A DNA stretch of 64,000 bases from an uncultured Candidatus Saccharibacteria bacterium (GCA_964580065.1 CAZOJE010000002.1:66978-130977), one strand, 5' to 3'; numbered from the stretch's first letter, positions 28,676 through 39,275 are shown. Numbers and translations: made by a program. The notes: generated by a model from the letters alone, not told the origin.

Positions 28676-28900
28676 ATGGCAGAACCTAAAAAAAGATTAA
28701 CAAAACACAGAAGCGGAAACAGACAAAGCCACGATGCTTTAAAATCCACCTCGTTAATGGAGTGCTCGAATTGCAAAGCAAAAGTTGAGCCACACACAGC
28801 TTGCCAAAATTGCGGATATTACCGTGGAAAGAAAGTTCTGGTGCTAAAAGACGAAAAGAAAGCCAAAGCAAAAGAAACACAAGAATTATCCAATGAATAG
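28676..28900 (+). CDS. rpmF: 50S ribosomal protein L32 with a C-terminal basic extension
   Basis: [22 protein letters not shown]...CSNC...[12 protein letters not shown]. The zinc ribbon is retained. Confidence 0.8.
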   Translation: MAEPKKRLTKHRSGNRQSHDALKSTSLMECSNCKAKVEPHTACQNCGYYRGKKVLVLKDEKKAKAKETQELSNE

Positions 28901-29321
28901 ACATTACGCTCGTATAATTTCTATGCAAGCTTTGTACGAAGCCGATTTTAGAGCTTTGGGCAACGCGGCCGATATTTTGCACAGACAAATCAAGAAATTG
29001 GCGCAAGAAGGCGACGAGGAGAATTTTGACTTTTCCGAGGATCTTGTGAACAAAGCTGTTGAAAAGTCGGATGAAATTAACGCTATTATCGAAAAAGTTG
29101 CCCCCGAATGGCCGATACAGCAAGTTGCTGTCATTGATAGAAATATTTTGCGATTGTCTATTGCAGAGCTTTTATATTTTGACACTCCACCAAAAGTTGT
29201 CATAAACGAAGCGATCGAATTAGCTAAAACATTTGGCTCGGAAACATCGTCAAAATTTATTAACGGTGTTCTTGGAACAGTTTATCGACAAAGTAATAAA
29301 TATAAACCAGATGAAAATTGA
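28893..29321 (+). CDS. nusB: Transcription antitermination factor NusB
   Basis: [15 protein letters not shown]-terminus and an all-helical NusB fold of about 140 aa. Confidence 0.8.
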   Translation: MNRHYARIISMQALYEADFRALGNAADILHRQIKKLAQEGDEENFDFSEDLVNKAVEKSDEINAIIEKVAPEWPIQQVAVIDRNILRLSIAELLYFDTPPKVVINEAIELAKTFGSETSSKFINGVLGTVYRQSNKYKPDEN

Positions 29322-30015
29322 TACAAACGAAGAATACATTAAAAAATTAGCTCAAAAACTCGATATTGAGAAAATGGGAGTTGAAGAACTTAGAAAGTCT
29401 TTTATTCATCGATCCTACCTAAACGAAAATCATAGCGAGGGTCTCGAAAGCAACGAACGTCTTGAGTTTTTAGGCGACGCCGTTTTAGAGGTCATCGTAA
29501 CTAAGTATTTATTTAATAATTTTCGCTACCCCGAAGGCGAATTGACCGCTTTAAGAAGCGCGCTAGTTAGGGGGAAAAACCTTTCTAACATAGCAGAGAT
29601 GCTTGGATTAGATAAATGCATTTATTTAAGTGAAGGTGAGAAAAAGAATGAAGGAAAAGCCAGAAGTCTCATTCTAGCTAACACTTTTGAAGCTCTCATC
29701 GGCAATATTTATCTTTGCTTGGGCGTGCCAAAATCAGAAGAGATTATAAACAAATATGTAATTTCCAAGCTTAACGAGATAATCGAAAACAAACTTTATA
29801 TTGACAATAAAAGTGCATTCCAAGAAATTGTTCAAAGTAAAACTAAAATCACGCCCGTGTATAAGCTTATTAAAGACGAGGGGCCCGATCATTCAAAAGA
29901 ATTTACGGTTGGAGTTTATATTGGCGACGAGCTAGTAGCTGTTGGCACGGGAAGCTCAAAAAATAAAGCTGAGCAAGAAGCGGCCAGAGAAGCGATTAAG
30001 AAAAAATTTAACTGA
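29314..30015 (+). CDS. rnc: Ribonuclease III
   Basis: RNase III signature [12 protein letters not shown] and a C-terminal dsRBD. Confidence 0.9.
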   Translation, partial: KIDTNEEYIKKLAQKLDIEKMGVEELRKSFIHRSYLNENHSEGLESNERLEFLGDAVLEVIVTKYLFNNFRYPEGELTALRSALVRGKNLSNIAEMLGLDKCIYLSEGEKKNEGKARSLILANTFEALIGNIYLCLGVPKSEEIINKYVISKLNEIIENKLYIDNKSAFQEIVQSKTKITPVYKLIKDEGPDHSKEFTVGVYIGDELVAVGTGSSKNKAEQEAAREAIKKKFN

Positions 30016-30721
30016 CAATTCGGCGAATTTTTTTGTAGATCTGATCAGCTCTATATTTTGGCCAATCGGTAGGGAAAAGCTCGATGGGCAATTTTGGTTC
30101 ATTATTTAAAACTATGGCATAGTCTAAGATAATCCTTTTTGCCTCGAATTTTGAAATATTTGCACTAGTCAAATACTTCTCGTTTTTATTGATAAAATCA
30201 TAATAAAGCTTTCTGGCACCGTCAAAGTCCCAAGCTGAAGTTAGTTGATCTTGCGACAAGCCATGAACGTTATCAGATTCCATTACAAAGACTTTTCCGT
30301 CAAGGCCAAATTCATGTGTTTTAGCAAGGATCTTGTCAGTTAGGGGCAATGGTGTGAGCCAAAGACTATTTAAAGTCGGTTGCAAACCAGCAGAAATGAG
30401 ATAACGCCTAAATTTATCTCTAATTGAGCGGATATTTTCCGGAACCGAGAACCAAACTACACGCCATTTACCGTCCCAATGCAAAACGGGGGCGTGCAAA
30501 ACATCCAAAATCATATTTAAGTGTTGATATCCTTTTTGTGAAAGTCTTACTTTTGGTTTATTATCTTGCTCAAATCTTTCGATTAAGCCAAGGGCTTGCA
30601 TTTTTCCAATTACACCACGACTCGTAGTTTTGCCCCATTTTTTGAGCAATTCAATCTCGACAGATTCCTGATCTTCAATATAAATTAAGACTTCATAAAG
30701 CGGCTGTATTTGATGCTCCAT
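30008..30721 (-). CDS. PaaX-family-like transcriptional regulator
   Basis: wHTH N-terminus and the C-terminal WDGKWRVVWFSVPE...R..LISAGLQPTLNSLWLTP block typical of PaaX. Confidence 0.5.
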   Translation of the reverse strand: MEHQIQPLYEVLIYIEDQESVEIELLKKWGKTTSRGVIGKMQALGLIERFEQDNKPKVRLSQKGYQHLNMILDVLHAPVLHWDGKWRVVWFSVPENIRSIRDKFRRYLISAGLQPTLNSLWLTPLPLTDKILAKTHEFGLDGKVFVMESDNVHGLSQDQLTSAWDFDGARKLYYDFINKNEKYLTSANISKFEAKRIILDYAIVLNNEPKLPIELFPTDWPKYRADQIYKKIRRIVS

Positions 30722-30810
30722 ATTAAGTCCAAATTAGCAACTTTACGATCGTTAGTCAAGTTAATAAATTGCCATCGTTGGAACTTTCTTTTAAATTCGA
30801 TAGCACGCAA

Positions 30811-31764
30811 TTAGTTAAGAATATATGAGGCAAAGCCCCAATCAAGCAATTTTTTCGATTCTTCGGCACTAGCTGTATTTTTTTCAGATAAAGTTTTTAA
30901 GACAACACTAATTAGAATATTATTTTCTCTTTCAACCGCACAAACAAGCGTATGGCCAGCGGCGTCAGTAACACCTGTTTTTCCACCAATCACATTACCT
31001 TCAATCGGAATTTCTCCAGTTAATAATCTATTTGAGTTTTTTAGCTCGTGTACTTGGGCACCGTCAACTGATTTAATAGTTGCATCTTTGGTCCCAATGA
31101 TTTTCTTAAGAAGATCGTTATTCATACCATACGAAAACATTATGGCGATATCTCGGGCCGACGATCGGCCGCTATCGTCAAGACCAGCTGGGTCGGAAAA
31201 TTTTGTGTGAGCCATACCAAGTTCTTGGGCTTTTTTATTCATTAGCTCGACAAATTCGGCCTGCGTTGTATCAATTGTTGACAAAGCCCGCGCCGCATCA
31301 TTGCCAGAGGAAACTAAGGCGCCATAAAGTAAATTTTCGATCGTGATTTTCTCCCCCGTAGTCAAAAAAATCTTCGATGGAATTACTTCGGTATTTTCTT
31401 TTTTGACTTCTACGACGCGATCCGTTTTATATTTTTCTAAAGCAACGATTGCCGTCATTACTTTTGTAATGCTTGCAATTGCCACCTCTTGATCAGAATT
31501 TTTTTCGAATAAAGGATATTTATCTGTCTGGCGTAACAAAATCGCTGATTCAGCCGATATTTTAAGATCGGTATAATTAGCGCCTTTTACTGGCGGGGCA
31601 ATTGTATCTATCTGCTTTTGTGAGTAAATATTATTAATTGTTGCCCCTAAAACCTTGCCTTTTTCTTTTAAACCAGAGAAAGTTGCTTTATAAGCATAGA
31701 TGCCTACAACAAAAAAAAGCAATATCAGAGCAAAAAAAGCAATGTAGACTTTTTTTATTTTCAT
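30811..31764 (-). CDS. dacA: D-alanyl-D-alanine carboxypeptidase (S11 PBP5/6-type)
   Basis: SxxK (ASITKVMT), SGN (SSGNDAA) and KTG (GKTGVT) motifs; signal/TM N-terminus. Confidence 0.85.
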   Translation of the reverse strand: MKIKKVYIAFFALILLFFVVGIYAYKATFSGLKEKGKVLGATINNIYSQKQIDTIAPPVKGANYTDLKISAESAILLRQTDKYPLFEKNSDQEVAIASITKVMTAIVALEKYKTDRVVEVKKENTEVIPSKIFLTTGEKITIENLLYGALVSSGNDAARALSTIDTTQAEFVELMNKKAQELGMAHTKFSDPAGLDDSGRSSARDIAIMFSYGMNNDLLKKIIGTKDATIKSVDGAQVHELKNSNRLLTGEIPIEGNVIGGKTGVTDAAGHTLVCAVERENNILISVVLKTLSEKNTASAEESKKLLDWGFASYILN

Positions 31765-31767
31765 TTA

Positions 31768-32136
31768 TTATCCCTTCCCTTTCATTTTTTCTTGACTTGA
31801 AAAATATAGCTCAACCAAAGCAATCGCTATAACAAAAGATACTCCACTAACAACGTTCAAGACGCTGAAAGACGATAAAATCAAAAGGCCAACGATAACA
31901 GAACTTATCAAAGCAGATCTTCTAACTATGGCGAGGACGTTTGTGTTTTTTTTGCTTGGTAGAATAATAGTGTTCATACAACAAAATAAGGAAAAGAGAA
32001 AAATAAATAAAAAAAAGAAGAACGCCGAAAGCACTGCGTTTGATGCATTTTCCGGGTCAACATTAAAAAAAATTACTGTGCACGCCCCTGCACTTAATAA
32101 AAACAACGACAAAAAAAGAAATAGATATTTACGCAT
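31768..32136 (-). CDS. Small integral membrane protein, function unknown
   Basis: Three hydrophobic helices; no motif. Confidence 0.35.
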   Translation of the reverse strand: MRKYLFLFLSLFLLSAGACTVIFFNVDPENASNAVLSAFFFFLFIFLFSLFCCMNTIILPSKKNTNVLAIVRRSALISSVIVGLLILSSFSVLNVVSGVSFVIAIALVELYFSSQEKMKGKG

Positions 32137-32407
32137 TAGATATTTTTACAAACTCTATCTTAGGATAATATCTTAATCTTACCATTTGTTGGATACTTTT
32201 GTTTACTTCAGCTCGATCAATTGCAATTTCTCTATCATCATCTTTTTCGAATCTAATTAATGCCGTTGCTTTTCGCCCGTCTTCGGAGATAGTGATAGCT
32301 TCAACATAGCAATAGCCAAAAATATCGAAATTTTTCGCTAAATATAAGTCGATCGCTTTTTTGATTATTAGCGATACTTGAGTATTTTTTCTGTGTCCCC
32401 CCACCAT
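32129..32407 (-). CDS. rbfA: Ribosome-binding factor A-like protein
   Basis: The KH-like pattern (...YVEAITISEDGRKATALIRF...VRLRYYPKIEFV) resembles RbfA (VTITRVEVSRDL..AKV..; MRLRIVPELTF). Confidence 0.5.
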   Translation of the reverse strand: MVGGHRKNTQVSLIIKKAIDLYLAKNFDIFGYCYVEAITISEDGRKATALIRFEKDDDREIAIDRAEVNKSIQQMVRLRYYPKIEFVKISNA

Positions 32408-32415
32408 TTAGATCC

Positions 32416-32796
32416 TTATCTTTTCGCCCATTGTGGCGATTTTCTCGCTCTCTTCAGCCCCGGTTTCTTTCTTTCCTTTTCACGTGGATCTCTTGTAAGA
32501 AGGCCTTCTTTCTTCAAAGTTTTTTCAAAAGATTCATCAATCTTTGAAAGAGCTCTTGCCACGCCTAATTTAGCCGCTTCGGCTTGGGAAGAAAATCCGC
32601 CCCCTTTTAATACAAGCGAGATGTCAAATTTACCTTGCTGCGACACGATTTCAAAGGGTTGGGAAGTTTCTTTAATAATTTCAGCTGATGTCACTTCAGT
32701 TCCGTCAGCAAAAATTACTTTGCCGCTTCCTTTAAATATCCTTACTTGGGCAATTGCAGTTTTTCTTCTACCTGTACCAAAAAAATATTCTTTCAT
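32416..32796 (-). CDS. rpsI: 30S ribosomal protein S9
   Basis: GTGRRKTAIAQVRI...KSPQWAKR. Confidence 0.9.
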   Translation of the reverse strand: MKEYFFGTGRRKTAIAQVRIFKGSGKVIFADGTEVTSAEIIKETSQPFEIVSQQGKFDISLVLKGGGFSSQAEAAKLGVARALSKIDESFEKTLKKEGLLTRDPREKERKKPGLKRARKSPQWAKR

Positions 32797-32802
32797 CTTT
32801 GC

Positions 32803-33150
32803 CTACTTTACAAATTTTACTCTTTTTAATCTTTGCGCTCTCAAACGGTTGTTTGGAATCATACGTTTCAAGACTAGCATAAAAAGACCTTGAGGGTCCG
32901 TCTCAAACATTGTTTTATAGCTGACTGCTTTGAGTGAACCCAGATAGCCAGAATGAGTATAGTGAGTCAAGTTCGATAGTTTTCGTGGATCAAGGGCTAA
33001 TCTATCCAAATTTTCAATAATAATGATGTTTTTCGTAACAACGTTTTTAGCAAAATCAGGACTGTTTTTATCCAAAATCAATTTAGCTACCTCGCTTGCC
33101 GCTCGGCCAAGTGCCATACCACTCACATCGACTTTAATTTCATTTTTCAT
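32803..33150 (-). CDS. rplM: 50S ribosomal protein L13
   Basis: GMALGRAASEVAKLIL...HYTHSGYLG motif order. Confidence 0.85.
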   Translation of the reverse strand: MKNEIKVDVSGMALGRAASEVAKLILDKNSPDFAKNVVTKNIIIIENLDRLALDPRKLSNLTHYTHSGYLGSLKAVSYKTMFETDPQGLFMLVLKRMIPNNRLRAQRLKRVKFVK

Positions 33151-33151
33151 C

Positions 33152-33541
33152 TTACTTCACCTTTTTAGATTCGGCTGGTTTACTTTCTTTTTGACTGTCT
33201 TTGGATTTTTTCTCAACTCTATTGAGAACTACTTGGCACATTCTAGTACCATCACCATGCCTTTGAAAAAGTTTTACTGTTGAGACTGAAGCGAATTGCC
33301 CCTTGTTATCAAAAGCTTTCTTGACTGCTCCACCATACAAATTCGCCTTTAAATATCTCATTAATAAAAGATCATCTTTGGCTGTGTTTAATCTACCAAC
33401 AACCCTTTCGGTCTCTTGTTTAAGCATTCTCGCTTTTGTTTCGGTCGTTAAAACTTTTTCGTACAACAACAAAGAAGAAACCAAACCTCGGCCCAGTCTA
33501 TTTCTATTCTGAAATTTTCTTGAAAGCTTTATCTTCTTCAT
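33152..33541 (-). CDS. rplQ: 50S ribosomal protein L17
   Basis: KLSRKFQNRNRLGRGLVSSLLLYEKVLTTETKAR pattern; it sits directly after rpoA. Confidence 0.85.
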   Translation of the reverse strand: MKKIKLSRKFQNRNRLGRGLVSSLLLYEKVLTTETKARMLKQETERVVGRLNTAKDDLLLMRYLKANLYGGAVKKAFDNKGQFASVSTVKLFQRHGDGTRMCQVVLNRVEKKSKDSQKESKPAESKKVK

Positions 33542-34302
33542 TATTTTTTAGCTTTTGTTACTTTTGTAGTTTTTGCTTTTTTCTTTGGCTTTTCAATCAC
33601 GATTTGATCGCAAGCATCCGAAATGACACCAAGATGCTCGGACATTATCGTAGCCGCTTGTCTTAAAGATTCGCTTGGCGTAATTGAACCATCGGTCGTA
33701 ATTTCTAAGACCAGTCTGTTGTAGTTAGTTTGACCACCAACCCTAGCGTTTTCCACTGTATATTTAACTTTTTTCACGGGCGTGTAAATACTATCAAGCA
33801 TGATGGTTCCGATGGTTGGTTTTTCATCGGCTCTTTTTTCTACCGGTACATAACCGCGACCACGATCAATTTCTACAACCATTTCAAGTTTGCCGCCTTT
33901 TTCAAGAGTGCAAAGGTAATGATCGTTATCGACAACCTCAACCTCGGAAGTCTTCTTGAAATCCGCGGTAGTGACTTTTTTGGGACCCTTAACCAAAAGC
34001 TCTATCTTAGCCGGTTCATCGGAATTAAGTTTGAATCTAGCTACTTTTAGGTTTAAGATCAGGTCGACAATATCTTCTTTCATCCCTTTCAAAACTGAAT
34101 ATTCATGATCGGCGCCTTCGATTCTAACCGATTTAGGTGCGCTTCCTTCGAGAGATGCTAATAAAATTCTCCTTAAAGTATTACCAACGGTGATACCGTA
34201 GCCAGGAGACAGCGGCTCGATAACAAAGGTTCCAGTTTTACCATCTTCGCTAAACGAAGATTTCACTTCCAGCAAATTCAGATCAGGTAGAATATAACTC
34301 AT
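33541..34302 (-). CDS. rpoA: DNA-directed RNA polymerase alpha subunit, N-terminal (dimerisation/assembly) domain only; no alpha-CTD
   Basis: The alpha-NTD is conserved (GYGITVGNTLRRILL...RGRGYVP). The protein ends about 20 aa after the NTD with a K-rich tail. rplQ starts immediately downstream. Confidence 0.85.
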   Translation of the reverse strand: MSYILPDLNLLEVKSSFSEDGKTGTFVIEPLSPGYGITVGNTLRRILLASLEGSAPKSVRIEGADHEYSVLKGMKEDIVDLILNLKVARFKLNSDEPAKIELLVKGPKKVTTADFKKTSEVEVVDNDHYLCTLEKGGKLEMVVEIDRGRGYVPVEKRADEKPTIGTIMLDSIYTPVKKVKYTVENARVGGQTNYNRLVLEITTDGSITPSESLRQAATIMSEHLGVISDACDQIVIEKPKKKAKTTKVTKAKK

Positions 34303-34312
34303 TTTTTCTCCT

Positions 34313-34915
34313 TTATCTCGAATAAAATTCGATGACAAACTGCTCGTTCACTAAATCGGAAATGTCCGGTTTAGTCGGCAGACTTAATATTGTTATTTTT
34401 GTCGGCTCTTTTTCATTTTTAACCCAAGCAGGCAATTCTGTGTGCTTTATTTTTTCCACATTTACTTCGCTACAAAATTCAATAACATCGTTGGGGGAGA
34501 TTAAAAATCCCGGGGATTTAGTTTTTCTGTTATTTACTTTGACTTTACCGTGTGTGACCGCTTGGCGGGCGTGGTCTCTTGACTGAACCCAGCCGCACTT
34601 ATAGACAACATTATCCAAACGACGCTCCAAAATCTGTAAAAGAATCTCTCCTGAACCAGTTTTGTTTTTTCGTGCTAAGGAATAATAATTTGAAAGCTGT
34701 TTTTCACTGATACCATAAATCGCGCGCAATTTCTGCTTTTCATTTAGCTGGACCGAATAGTCACTGCCTCTTTTCATCCTTGCTCTTGCGCCTAAATGGC
34801 CGGGAGCATATGAACGTTTGGCAAAAGGACATTTATCCCCTTCACATTTTTCCCCTTTGAGAAAGAGTTTTAAGCCCGATCTTCGACAGATTCTACAATT
34901 TGAATTTTTTAACAT
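34313..34915 (-). CDS. rpsD: 30S ribosomal protein S4 (zinc-ribbon type)
   Basis: CRICRRSGLKLFLKGEKCEGDKC and the S4 domain. Confidence 0.9.
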   Translation of the reverse strand: MLKNSNCRICRRSGLKLFLKGEKCEGDKCPFAKRSYAPGHLGARARMKRGSDYSVQLNEKQKLRAIYGISEKQLSNYYSLARKNKTGSGEILLQILERRLDNVVYKCGWVQSRDHARQAVTHGKVKVNNRKTKSPGFLISPNDVIEFCSEVNVEKIKHTELPAWVKNEKEPTKITILSLPTKPDISDLVNEQFVIEFYSR

Positions 34916-34916
34916 T

Positions 34917-35306
34917 TTACACTCTTCTTGGTTTCTTAGCTCTACAGCCGTTATGGGCAATAGGCGTTATGTCTTTTAATCCATTTACTCTAAATCCGGC
35001 CGAACCGAAAGCTCTGACGGCTGAATCGCGGCCCGAGCTTACGCCAGAAACAAATATCGAAATTTCTTCAACCGCAGCATCATGCATTTTATCAATTAGA
35101 ATTTTAGCTGTTTGGCTTGAAGCATACGGCGTGGATTTTTTGCTTCCTTTGAAGCCGGCTAAGCCGGTCGATGTCCAAGCAAACACATTACCATTTTCAT
35201 CAGTTGCGGTAATTACCGTATTGTTGAACGAAGATTTTATATAAACCTTCGCACTTTTTACAATTTTTTTAACTTTTTTTGCTTTTGAAACTACTTTTTT
35301 TGCCAT
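34917..35306 (-). CDS. rpsK: 30S ribosomal protein S11
   Basis: Conserved S11 core (AWTSTGLAGFKGSKKSTPYA). Confidence 0.95.
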   Translation of the reverse strand: MAKKVVSKAKKVKKIVKSAKVYIKSSFNNTVITATDENGNVFAWTSTGLAGFKGSKKSTPYASSQTAKILIDKMHDAAVEEISIFVSGVSSGRDSAVRAFGSAGFRVNGLKDITPIAHNGCRAKKPRRV

Positions 35307-35318
35307 ATTGGTTAAAGT

Positions 35319-35705
35319 TTATGTTTTTTCTGCCGCTTTCTTTCTACCCGAGCCCACAGTCACTCTTCGGCCACGTTTTGTTCGAGCATTTGTTTTTGTT
35401 CTCTGGCCCCTAACGGGTAAATTCTTGGCGTGTCTGGTACCACGATACGACCCGCTATCTTTCAACATCTTAATATTTCTGGTCGTCTCTACTCTCAAAT
35501 CGCCTTCAACAATATATTCTTTTTCGATAATATTTCTAATTTGGTCGATTTTGGCGTCTTCCAATTTTCCTAATCGTTCATCTTCGCTGATGTTGACGCT
35601 TTTTAAAATTTTCTGTGCCGTTGTTTTCCCCACACCAGTGATAGCAGTTAAGGCAATAACGGCCCTTTTTTGTTCTGGAATTGTAACGCCTGCAATTCTA
35701 ATCAT
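35319..35705 (-). CDS. rpsM: 30S ribosomal protein S13
   Basis: MIRIAGVTIP...GVGKTTAQKIL. Confidence 0.95.
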   Translation of the reverse strand: MIRIAGVTIPEQKRAVIALTAITGVGKTTAQKILKSVNISEDERLGKLEDAKIDQIRNIIEKEYIVEGDLRVETTRNIKMLKDSGSYRGTRHAKNLPVRGQRTKTNARTKRGRRVTVGSGRKKAAEKT

Positions 35706-35707
35706 TT

Positions 35708-35836
35708 TTATCCTTGCCTTTGTTTATGTTTTGGGTTTTCGCAGACCACATATATTCTAATTTTAGAAGTTTTGCCCCTTCTTCGGACAATCTTGCATTT
35801 ATTACAAATCCGTTTTACTGATGGTCTTACCTTCAT
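35708..35836 (-). CDS. rpmJ: 50S ribosomal protein L36 (42 aa; below the ORF-track threshold)
   Basis: Hand translation of the minus strand gives [42 protein letters not shown] between infA and rpsM. Confidence 0.85.
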   Translation of the reverse strand: MKVRPSVKRICNKCKIVRRRGKTSKIRIYVVCENPKHKQRQG

Positions 35837-35838
35837 AA

Positions 35839-36063
35839 TTATCTATTATTTAATCTCGCTACTATTCTCCCCTTAGTTAAATCATAAGGGGTCATTTGAA
35901 CTTTAACCCTATCCCCAGCAACAACTTTTATATAATGAATTCTCATTTTTCCGGACAAATGTCCGATAATAACTTGACCCGTGTCGAGCTTTATCTTAAA
36001 AAGGGCATTGGGTAATGCCTCGATCACTTCACCTTCAAATTCTATTTTATCATCACTCGGCAT
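35839..36063 (-). CDS. infA: Translation initiation factor IF-1
   Basis: S1-like OB fold ([43 protein letters not shown]). Confidence 0.9.
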   Translation of the reverse strand: MPSDDKIEFEGEVIEALPNALFKIKLDTGQVIIGHLSGKMRIHYIKVVAGDRVKVQMTPYDLTKGRIVARLNNR

Positions 36064-36102
36064 CCAACCTCTACACAATCAAGACTTAATAATCCTATCA
36101 TT

Positions 36103-36852
36103 TTATTCATATTGTGTCAATATTTTTGCTCTGTTCTTCTCGACAAGCACAGTATGCTCAAAATGAGCCCCTAAAGTACTATCAACCGACTTCACATTCC
36201 AGCCATCTTTTGACGCTTTGACACGACCATTTCCCAAGGTTGCCATCGGCTCGATCGCCAGCATTACTTTTTCGGGGATTTTGGGACCGGTTCCCGCTTT
36301 ACCATCACACATTATTGACGGTTCTTGATGAACTTTTTCGCCAATTCCATGGCCTGAAAGTGACATCACTGGCGACAAACCATATTTTTTTAATGTTTCT
36401 CCGATTTTTTCTTCGATATCACCAAGGTAAACATCTGCTTTAACAATTTTGATCGCTTCATACAAGGCCTCTCTTGTACCAAAAAAAAGTCTTTTTGTAT
36501 CCTCTGACTTGAATTTTCCCACCACATAAGTCGCTGTTGCATCAGTATTCATACCTTTATAATTCGTGCCAACATCCAAGCTGACTATATCGCCTTCTTC
36601 CAAAACCCTACCTGAAGGTACACCATGGACAACCTCATCATTTACTGAAATACAAGTGGCATATTTATATCCGTCTATACCAAGAAAAGCTGGTAGAGAA
36701 TCACGCGAAGTGATGATTCTTGTCGCAATTTTATCCATTTCCAGCGTAGTTATGCCCGGGGCAACAATTTTTTTTATTTCGCGCAAAACAAACCCTGTAA
36801 TCTCTCCAGACTTGATAGCGTTTTTTATCTGATCTTTATTTAACTTTTTCAT
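36103..36852 (-). CDS. map: Methionine aminopeptidase type I
   Basis: Pita-bread fold with metal ligands in the expected positions; conserved ribosomal-cluster position after secY. Confidence 0.9.
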   Translation of the reverse strand: MKKLNKDQIKNAIKSGEITGFVLREIKKIVAPGITTLEMDKIATRIITSRDSLPAFLGIDGYKYATCISVNDEVVHGVPSGRVLEEGDIVSLDVGTNYKGMNTDATATYVVGKFKSEDTKRLFFGTREALYEAIKIVKADVYLGDIEEKIGETLKKYGLSPVMSLSGHGIGEKVHQEPSIMCDGKAGTGPKIPEKVMLAIEPMATLGNGRVKASKDGWNVKSVDSTLGAHFEHTVLVEKNRAKILTQYE

Positions 36853-38132
36853 TAAATAATGTCGTCGTACGATCGCATAGCAAGTTGTGCTTTAATCGTA
36901 CGTACGAGTTCAAGCGTTACCGAAACAATAATTAATATACCCGTTCCACCAATTGCCAAAGTTCTGATGCCGGTTGCGTTCTGTAAAACAAACGGGAAAA
37001 TAGCCACAATCGACAAGAAAAAAGCTCCCACAAAAGTAATTTTATAAATCACCGAACCCAAGTAGTCGGCTGTTTGGTTGCCTGGACGTAATCCCGGGAC
37101 AAAACCACCTTGCTTCTGTAAATTTTCAGCGATATTTTTTGGCTGAAAAATAATTGAAGTGTAAAAAAATGTAAAAAAGAAAACCAATAGGAAGAAAAGA
37201 AGCCCGTAATAAATATCATTGGAGAGGAAAACTGTGATTTTGGTCGATATGGCTTTGATATTTTCCGAGCTTGAAGTTTGTAAAAATTGAGCAATTACAT
37301 TTGGCATAACAAGTAAACTAGTGGCAAAGATAATTGGAATTACTCCAGCGGCATTTGCCTTAATCGGTAAATATGAACTAACCGAAGTTGTTGATCGCCC
37401 CGCCCGCACACGTCGAGCATAGCTCACCGGAATACGGCGTTCCGCTTCGTTCACCCAAACAATAAAAACAATCATCGCCACCATCGCCAAAATAATTTCT
37501 CCGCCAACAACTATTTTATTTTCTAGAATTTGACTTGTTGATGACACTTGGCCGGGAATACCGGCAACGATACCGACAGCAATCAAAAGCGACAAGCCAT
37601 TACCAATTCCACGTTCGGAAATTATCTCCCCCAACCACATAGCAAAAACCGAGCCGGCCGTGGCAACTACTAAAACGAGCGTTAATTCAGACATCGAAAG
37701 AGTGGAGATAACTTTCTGGCTTTGAAGCAAACGGACTAATCCATATGCTTCGGTTAATGCTAAAGGAATAGACAAGTACCTGATATATTGGTTGATTTTT
37801 TGTTTACCATACTCGCCTTCTTTTTGCATTTCTTCAAGCGCTGGAACAGCAACCGTCAGAAGCTGAATAATAATAGAAGCGGTGATGTAGGGGCCAACGC
37901 CAAGCATAGCAAGAGAAAATTTGCTCACCGACCCGCCGGAAAATAAGTCTAACAAGCCAAAGGCCTGATTATTTTGGAAAAAACTAGCCAAGCCGGAAGC
38001 ATCTACGCCCGGCAAAGGGATATGGGCCAAAACACGATAAACGACTATGAGAGCAAAAGTCAAAATTATCTTATTCCTTAAATCTTTTAAGGAAAAGATG
38101 CGCTTAATAATATTAATTATACGATCTATCAT
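36852..38132 (-). CDS. secY: Preprotein translocase subunit SecY
   Basis: Ten TM segments and SecY motifs; position between rplO and map. Confidence 0.95.
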   Translation of the reverse strand: MIDRIINIIKRIFSLKDLRNKIILTFALIVVYRVLAHIPLPGVDASGLASFFQNNQAFGLLDLFSGGSVSKFSLAMLGVGPYITASIIIQLLTVAVPALEEMQKEGEYGKQKINQYIRYLSIPLALTEAYGLVRLLQSQKVISTLSMSELTLVLVVATAGSVFAMWLGEIISERGIGNGLSLLIAVGIVAGIPGQVSSTSQILENKIVVGGEIILAMVAMIVFIVWVNEAERRIPVSYARRVRAGRSTTSVSSYLPIKANAAGVIPIIFATSLLVMPNVIAQFLQTSSSENIKAISTKITVFLSNDIYYGLLFFLLVFFFTFFYTSIIFQPKNIAENLQKQGGFVPGLRPGNQTADYLGSVIYKITFVGAFFLSIVAIFPFVLQNATGIRTLAIGGTGILIIVSVTLELVRTIKAQLAMRSYDDII

Positions 38133-38542
38133 TTATTTGATATTTTCGTAAATTTTACTTCTGATGCAAACGAATATTTGGATTTGATTTTGGCGCCGTC
38201 AAGCACTTTAAGAGTTGTAAGCAATTTCGCCTCGTTTTTGGCTAGACCCATATTTTCAACAACAGCTTTTATATCAACTTTCGCGCCCTCCTTAAACATA
38301 GCGGCAAGTTGTCTAGGGCTAACCGTCAATTCTTTTTTAACTGATTTAGATTTAAAACCCTTTACTTTGGGCAAACGCATAGCGAGCTTAGTTTGGCCGC
38401 CTTCAAAAAACTTGGTCGATGAACCAGTGCGTGATTTTTGACCATTCATTCCGCGGCCCGACGTTTTTCCTTTGCCGGAAGATCGGCCGCGACCTAATCT
38501 CTTTGTGTTTTTGACTGCTTTTACTAAAATTTCTTCTGTCAT
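38129..38542 (-). CDS. rplO: 50S ribosomal protein L15
   Basis: [22 protein letters not shown] glycine-rich N-terminus. Confidence 0.9.
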   Translation of the reverse strand: MTEEILVKAVKNTKRLGRGRSSGKGKTSGRGMNGQKSRTGSSTKFFEGGQTKLAMRLPKVKGFKSKSVKKELTVSPRQLAAMFKEGAKVDIKAVVENMGLAKNEAKLLTTLKVLDGAKIKSKYSFASEVKFTKISNK

Positions 38543-38544
38543 GA

Positions 38545-39012
38545 TTATCTCGCTTGTGTTAAAGCCAAAATTGTTGCTTTGGCTGAATTTATTTTATTTG
38601 CCGAGCCAAGAGATTTTGCCACAAGATTTCTGATGCCGGCTAGCTCACAAACTGCACGTACCACGCCACCGGCAATAATCGATGTTCCTTCTGGCGCTGG
38701 GCGAAGCAAAACTTTAGCCGCGCCGAATTGGCAGGTTACTTCTTTGGCGATTGTGCCACGCTCATCGGTGTCAACTTCAATCATTTGTTTCTTGGCACGA
38801 GAAACGGCTTTTTTGATTGCGCCGGAAACTTCTACTGATTTACCCATACCAATGCCAACCTTGCCTTGTCTGTCGCCAACAACAACCAATGCTCGAAAGC
38901 CGATTCTTTTTCCACCCTTAACGGTTCGGCTAACACGAGCAATTTCGATTACCTTTTCTTCAAAATGTTTTTTATCTTGTTCCATCTCACTTTTAAAATT
39001 CGATTTTTCCAT
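38545..39012 (-). CDS. rpsE: 30S ribosomal protein S5
   Basis: [21 protein letters not shown]... It directly abuts rplO, with no L30 gene between them. Confidence 0.95.
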   Translation of the reverse strand: MEKSNFKSEMEQDKKHFEEKVIEIARVSRTVKGGKRIGFRALVVVGDRQGKVGIGMGKSVEVSGAIKKAVSRAKKQMIEVDTDERGTIAKEVTCQFGAAKVLLRPAPEGTSIIAGGVVRAVCELAGIRNLVAKSLGSANKINSAKATILALTQAR

Positions 39013-39274
39013 CTCTCATCCCTTCGGCAAATGATTTGACTCGACCGTGATAAATATTACCATTTCTATCAAAAGAAATTTTGGTAACTTTTTTAGTTTT
39101 TATTTTTTCGGCAAATTTAACTCCAAACTCTCTGGCTTGTTCGGCTGGTTTATTTTTAGATTTGCCAAAAACAAATCTTTCACCAACCAGTGTCCGCCCC
39201 GACGGATCAACTAATTGGGCAAAAATTGCCTTGGCACTTTTCGTTACAATTACTTTATTTCTTTTTTCCAACAT
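38993..39274 (-). CDS. rplR: 50S ribosomal protein L18 (short form). The ORF track extends to 39430, but rplF ends at 39276
   Basis: ...[29 protein letters not shown]-terminus. The start is uncertain. Confidence 0.75.
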   Translation of the reverse strand: MLEKRNKVIVTKSAKAIFAQLVDPSGRTLVGERFVFGKSKNKPAEQAREFGVKFAEKIKTKKVTKISFDRNGNIYHGRVKSFAEGMRDGKIEF

Positions 39275-39275
39275 A

